The position numbers were made by a program, and so were the translations under genes. A stretch of DNA of 64,000 nt, taken from Leidyana gryllorum EB-2025a. Lineage: Eukaryota > Protista > Apicomplexa. The stretch lies in NCBI GenBank assembly GCA_048772705.1, contig JBLWGC010000230.1:124001-188000 (forward strand). The letters run 5' to 3'. The notes beneath the pieces are model-generated. The model had not been told where the DNA came from. It searched no databases and worked only from the letters and a program-made list of their open reading frames with translations. How positions within the stretch are numbered: position 1 is the stretch's first letter; each line of letters opens with the position of its first letter. Below, piece after piece: positions 58,448 to 64,000 of this stretch.

Positions 58448-58466
58448 TAGAAAAAGTGGCTGGCAT

Positions 58467-59421
58467 TCAGGTGAGCACTTTGTGTACGCTCAAATCGATA
58501 GGGATGAGGGTGGTTCGCCCGGACAATGCGTCCGACTCCATCATCAAAAGTGCAGCGTTCCTGTCATCAGCAAGGCGGGTTTCGTGGTCCAGCAGGATAT
58601 CCAGAATGAGTTGACCGATGGCTTCGCCGGTCCGAGCGCCCTCCAACGCACACCCGGCGACTACAGCGGCAATGGTGGGGCGCGGTACCTTGTGGGAGCC
58701 CGGCAGCGGTTTATCTTTGTTGTTTGTCTCTCCAATTCGTTGTCTGTTACCAGCGGGGACTCTTTCCTCTTCCCGAGGGCTCCCTGCGTCATCTTCCTCA
58801 ACGTTCAGACTAGTAAACAAGGCATGCATTGCTCGGAACTTTGACATTCTTTCAGCCGGGTGCTGGAGATCTGCTTTGTTCAGAAAGACCACAACAGGGA
58901 TTGAGCGGCCCTGGAATGCACTTTAGAGAAGATGATGGAACCCGTTTGAATGTTTGGAGGCCGCAAGTCGCTCACCTATGGCGTATCACTCCACGCAGGG
59001 TGTTTCGACTCTCCTCAAGTCTATCCTCGTCGCTGCAATCACATAGATACAGTATGCCATGGGACTCTTCGTAGTATTGCCACCACAGGGTGCGTAAGGA
59101 AGTCTGACCCCCGACGTCCCAGAAGAGCATCGAGCCGCGGCTTCGCTCCACTTTGGCAATATTGAAGCCAATGGTGGGCTGGATGTTTTCTGGGGGGAGA
59201 CTCGGTTGGCCTGCGTGGGTGATCCACTTTGTGCTGTCAAGATTGATCATCGAGGGGTTTACCTGTGCTGGCCTTCAGTGCTTCGAGTGTGGTTGTTTTA
59301 CCAGCATTATCTAGCCCGAGAAGGAGGAAGTGCTACACCAGAATACACCGCATTTGATCGATCTTACGAAGCTGGGTTTTTCAAAGAGCCATCTGAGCAG
59401 ACCTGCGAGGAGTGAAAACAT
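58467..59421 (-). CDS. ARFRP1: ARF-related small GTPase ARFRP1 (yeast Arl3)
   Basis: MFSLLAGLLRWLFEK N-terminus (no Gly2), GLDNAGKTT, PTIGFNI, WDVGGQ..LRTLW..YYEESHG, NKAD. Confidence 0.85.
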
Positions 59422-59451
59422 CACGAAAACTACCTTGTCTTTTTGTGGGCT

Positions 59452-60434
59452 ATGAACCAACTGGCTTCGTGGCCCTCCTTCAATACAGAAGGACCCCCAG
59501 CCGCTCCTGCTGACCCTCAGAGGACAATTGCTGAGAGCGCTGATGAGACCAAGGCGACTAAATGGAGGCTAAAGGCAGAAGCTCTAGAAGCGGAAGTTAT
59601 TCGCCTTAATGCTCTGATATCGGGCAGCGGCTCAGCCATATTAACGTCTGCCGAAGGCTTTGACGAGGCCAGGCGTTCCCACACCACGGCCCAAACAGAG
59701 GGCTTGGACACCACTATCTTATTGGACCCCCTTGTGGCCACTGAAATGAAGACTTTACGTAGCCGTCTCCATGAAACCGAGGAGGCCTACAGACAGCTGA
59801 AGGAAGATGTGCAAGTGATGACGCAATTCACGACCGAAGGGTGAGTTGTCGCCTGCGTAGCTGACCTCTAACACCTCCCCCCTCCGTCGACAGGCCTCTG
59901 GGACGGCGTTTGTTGGAGAAATGCCGTCGCCTGATGAGGGAGAACGAGCAATTAGGGGAAGCCCTTGTGGCTGCACGAGTGACCAATCCAGACCAAGCAA
60001 GTTTGTTCCAGGCCGAAAAGGAGTCTTTCCTGGTATCTCAGCTCAAGTGAGTGAAATGGAATAATAAGATGCTGTGACAAATGTACATAGGCTATTGTAC
60101 ACCTTTAATGCGGACTTAGAGGCGGAATGTGGAGCATTGATAAAGTCAGTGAACCGGCTGGCATTAGCTAACCAGGTGTGTGCGAAGTTGTATGGTGGTG
60201 CTTTTATTGCTGCTTTCTTTGTAGACCCTCAAGAGTGACAACGAGAAGCTGGAGACGCAGCTGTCTGATCTGCAGCGCCGGTTGGAACGGGACCGCTCGC
60301 CTCCTCCCTCTCGTGCCACTGGATCGGACAGACGTCACAGACCCAGTCCCGTAGGTCGACGACGAGAGCGGAGTCCGAGTTTCGAGAAACATAGAGACGT
60401 TGATCGCAGGCGAGGGCCTCGTCGCGGTGACTAG
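59452..60434 (+). CDS. WTAP: WTAP/Mum2/FIP37 m6A writer complex subunit
   Basis: Spliced LLDPLV..FTTEGPLGRRLLEKCRRLMRENEQLG matches the WTAP core; three short introns; Arg-rich tail. Confidence 0.85.
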
Positions 60435-60461
60435 ACCCTTTATCTTAGATAGCCCACATAG

Positions 60462-62717
<2,256 letters not shown>

Positions 62718-62729
62718 ACTGCTGCCTGC

Positions 62730-64000
62730 CTAATCATCTTCCTGTTCCATCTTGGCGGATTGCGCCTCTCGCTGAGGAGCCGAGGCACGTTTGATGGCTG
62801 CTGCCACCCAAGCATTTTCGTAGAGGACTCTGTCAGCAATGTCAGACCGGACCTTCTTGTACGGAGCTCTGTGGTGCAGTGAAGAAAAGATTTAGTAGTT
62901 TCCAAAGTCAACTCGAGAGTACGTACCTGTAGTGTCTGTTGGGTCCAAAGTATGTTTCTTGCAGGAGATGTCGGTGACGTGCGGCTATGCGCCGACGCAA
63001 CTGAGTGCGCGCGCAGTTCCAATTCACCATCAGATGAGCTTTCACTCTGTTCACACCGCTGAACCTCTCCCGGTCCTCCGCCACCTGTCGAGCTGTTCGG
63101 GTTTGTATTTTTGCTTCCTCAATGCCAACTGTTAACGGTCTTCTCTCTTTGTCAACTGTCAAAGATATCTTAGACGCTGCCGGAACGGCACCATCAGAGT
63201 CTGCTGCTGTGGTCGAGTCATCGTCCTCCGCGTCCTTCCCGGGTTCCAGATCCTCGTACTCTACTCCACTCAGATCAGACTCAGATATGGCCTGAGGGTC
63301 GTAAGTGGGATTGTCAGCGTACTGATAATGGAAGTTGGGGGTGCCCTGCTCGTCCAGTGCTCTGATGACGCGAGTCGACAACGGCCGCATCGGTAGATTC
63401 CGGGGATTTGGGAACGAGTTGGTCTCAATAGCCTTTCCTTTGAGCTTCTGATACTTGTCCAAATCCTCCTTCCACACCGCTGCGTTGTTATCCAAAAAGT
63501 TACGGTACCGAACGGCCTTGCGGATCACATGATGATCCATACCGCCAGCCCGGGCCTTCTCCCAGTAGAGTTTCCACATGTACTCCCGCATCACCTCTTC
63601 CGGGGCATCTCCCATAATGAGCTGTGTCGGGGCGGCCTGAACGATCCGTGCTTCTCCAGTCACTTCGTCTATGATGACGGCGAAGTGTCTCCGATGAGCC
63701 ATCAACGCGTCGACTTTGGGAACTGAGTCCTGGAAGACTCGAGTCAGCCCAAATCTGCGTCCAAACTCGGCCATATCGACTCCAATCAATTGAGTCTCAC
63801 GACCGGCAATCGACTCTCCTTGAGCAACGAACCCGAGAGGGACTCGAGATTGGGGGTCTCTGTCCATTCGCCACTCGGCATTTCGAACTCGCGGCTTCAA
63901 ATTGAATCCGGTCCAATTCTCTTCGCGCAAACCGAGTTCTTCCGCCATCTTCAGTGACTCATTGAAGCTTTCCACTGCTGCATCATTCGTTGGACCCGCA
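62730..64000 (-). CDS. Hypothetical protein, 3' part (continues beyond the window)
   Basis: Open frame of at least 355 aa; short intron near 62873-62926; last exon RAPYKKVRSDIADRVLYENAWV..EQEDD*. Confidence 0.7.

Overview
Very gene-dense eukaryotic DNA: about 38 protein-coding genes in 64 kb, GT-AG introns mostly 40-55 nt, and intergenic gaps often under 60 nt. Gene content (SF-assemblin-like protein, ApiAT/SLC43-like transporter, Sec7 GEF with an insertion, PAN/apple mucin, Hedgehog-type Hint protein) suggests an apicomplexan, probably a gregarine; this is inference. Housekeeping genes include SOF1/DCAF13, LanCL, WS/DGAT, riboflavin kinase, PIG-A, RPC11, YJU2, class II photolyase, SSRP1, GBF1, an IBTK-like gene, ARFRP1, WTAP and mtHSP70. 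They are interspersed with clusters of secreted low-complexity proteins. The most notable signals are: (1) signal-peptide Gly/Pro/Arg/Tyr/His-rich proteins carrying RxL(Q) processing-like motifs, three of which have a phase-2 intron immediately after the RxL, and whose upstream regions share CCCCAY plus CGTGCA motifs (a candidate co-regulated cyst/oocyst-wall or matrix system); (2) a tandem family of four small two-exon secreted genes with modular exon use and a conserved unknown C-terminal domain; (3) a minimal secreted peptide-Hint (Hog) autoprocessing protein; (4) overlapping convergent coding sequences and head-to-head ATGs only 3-60 nt apart. All gene models were spliced by hand. No tRNA, rRNA, CRISPR array or mobile element was seen.
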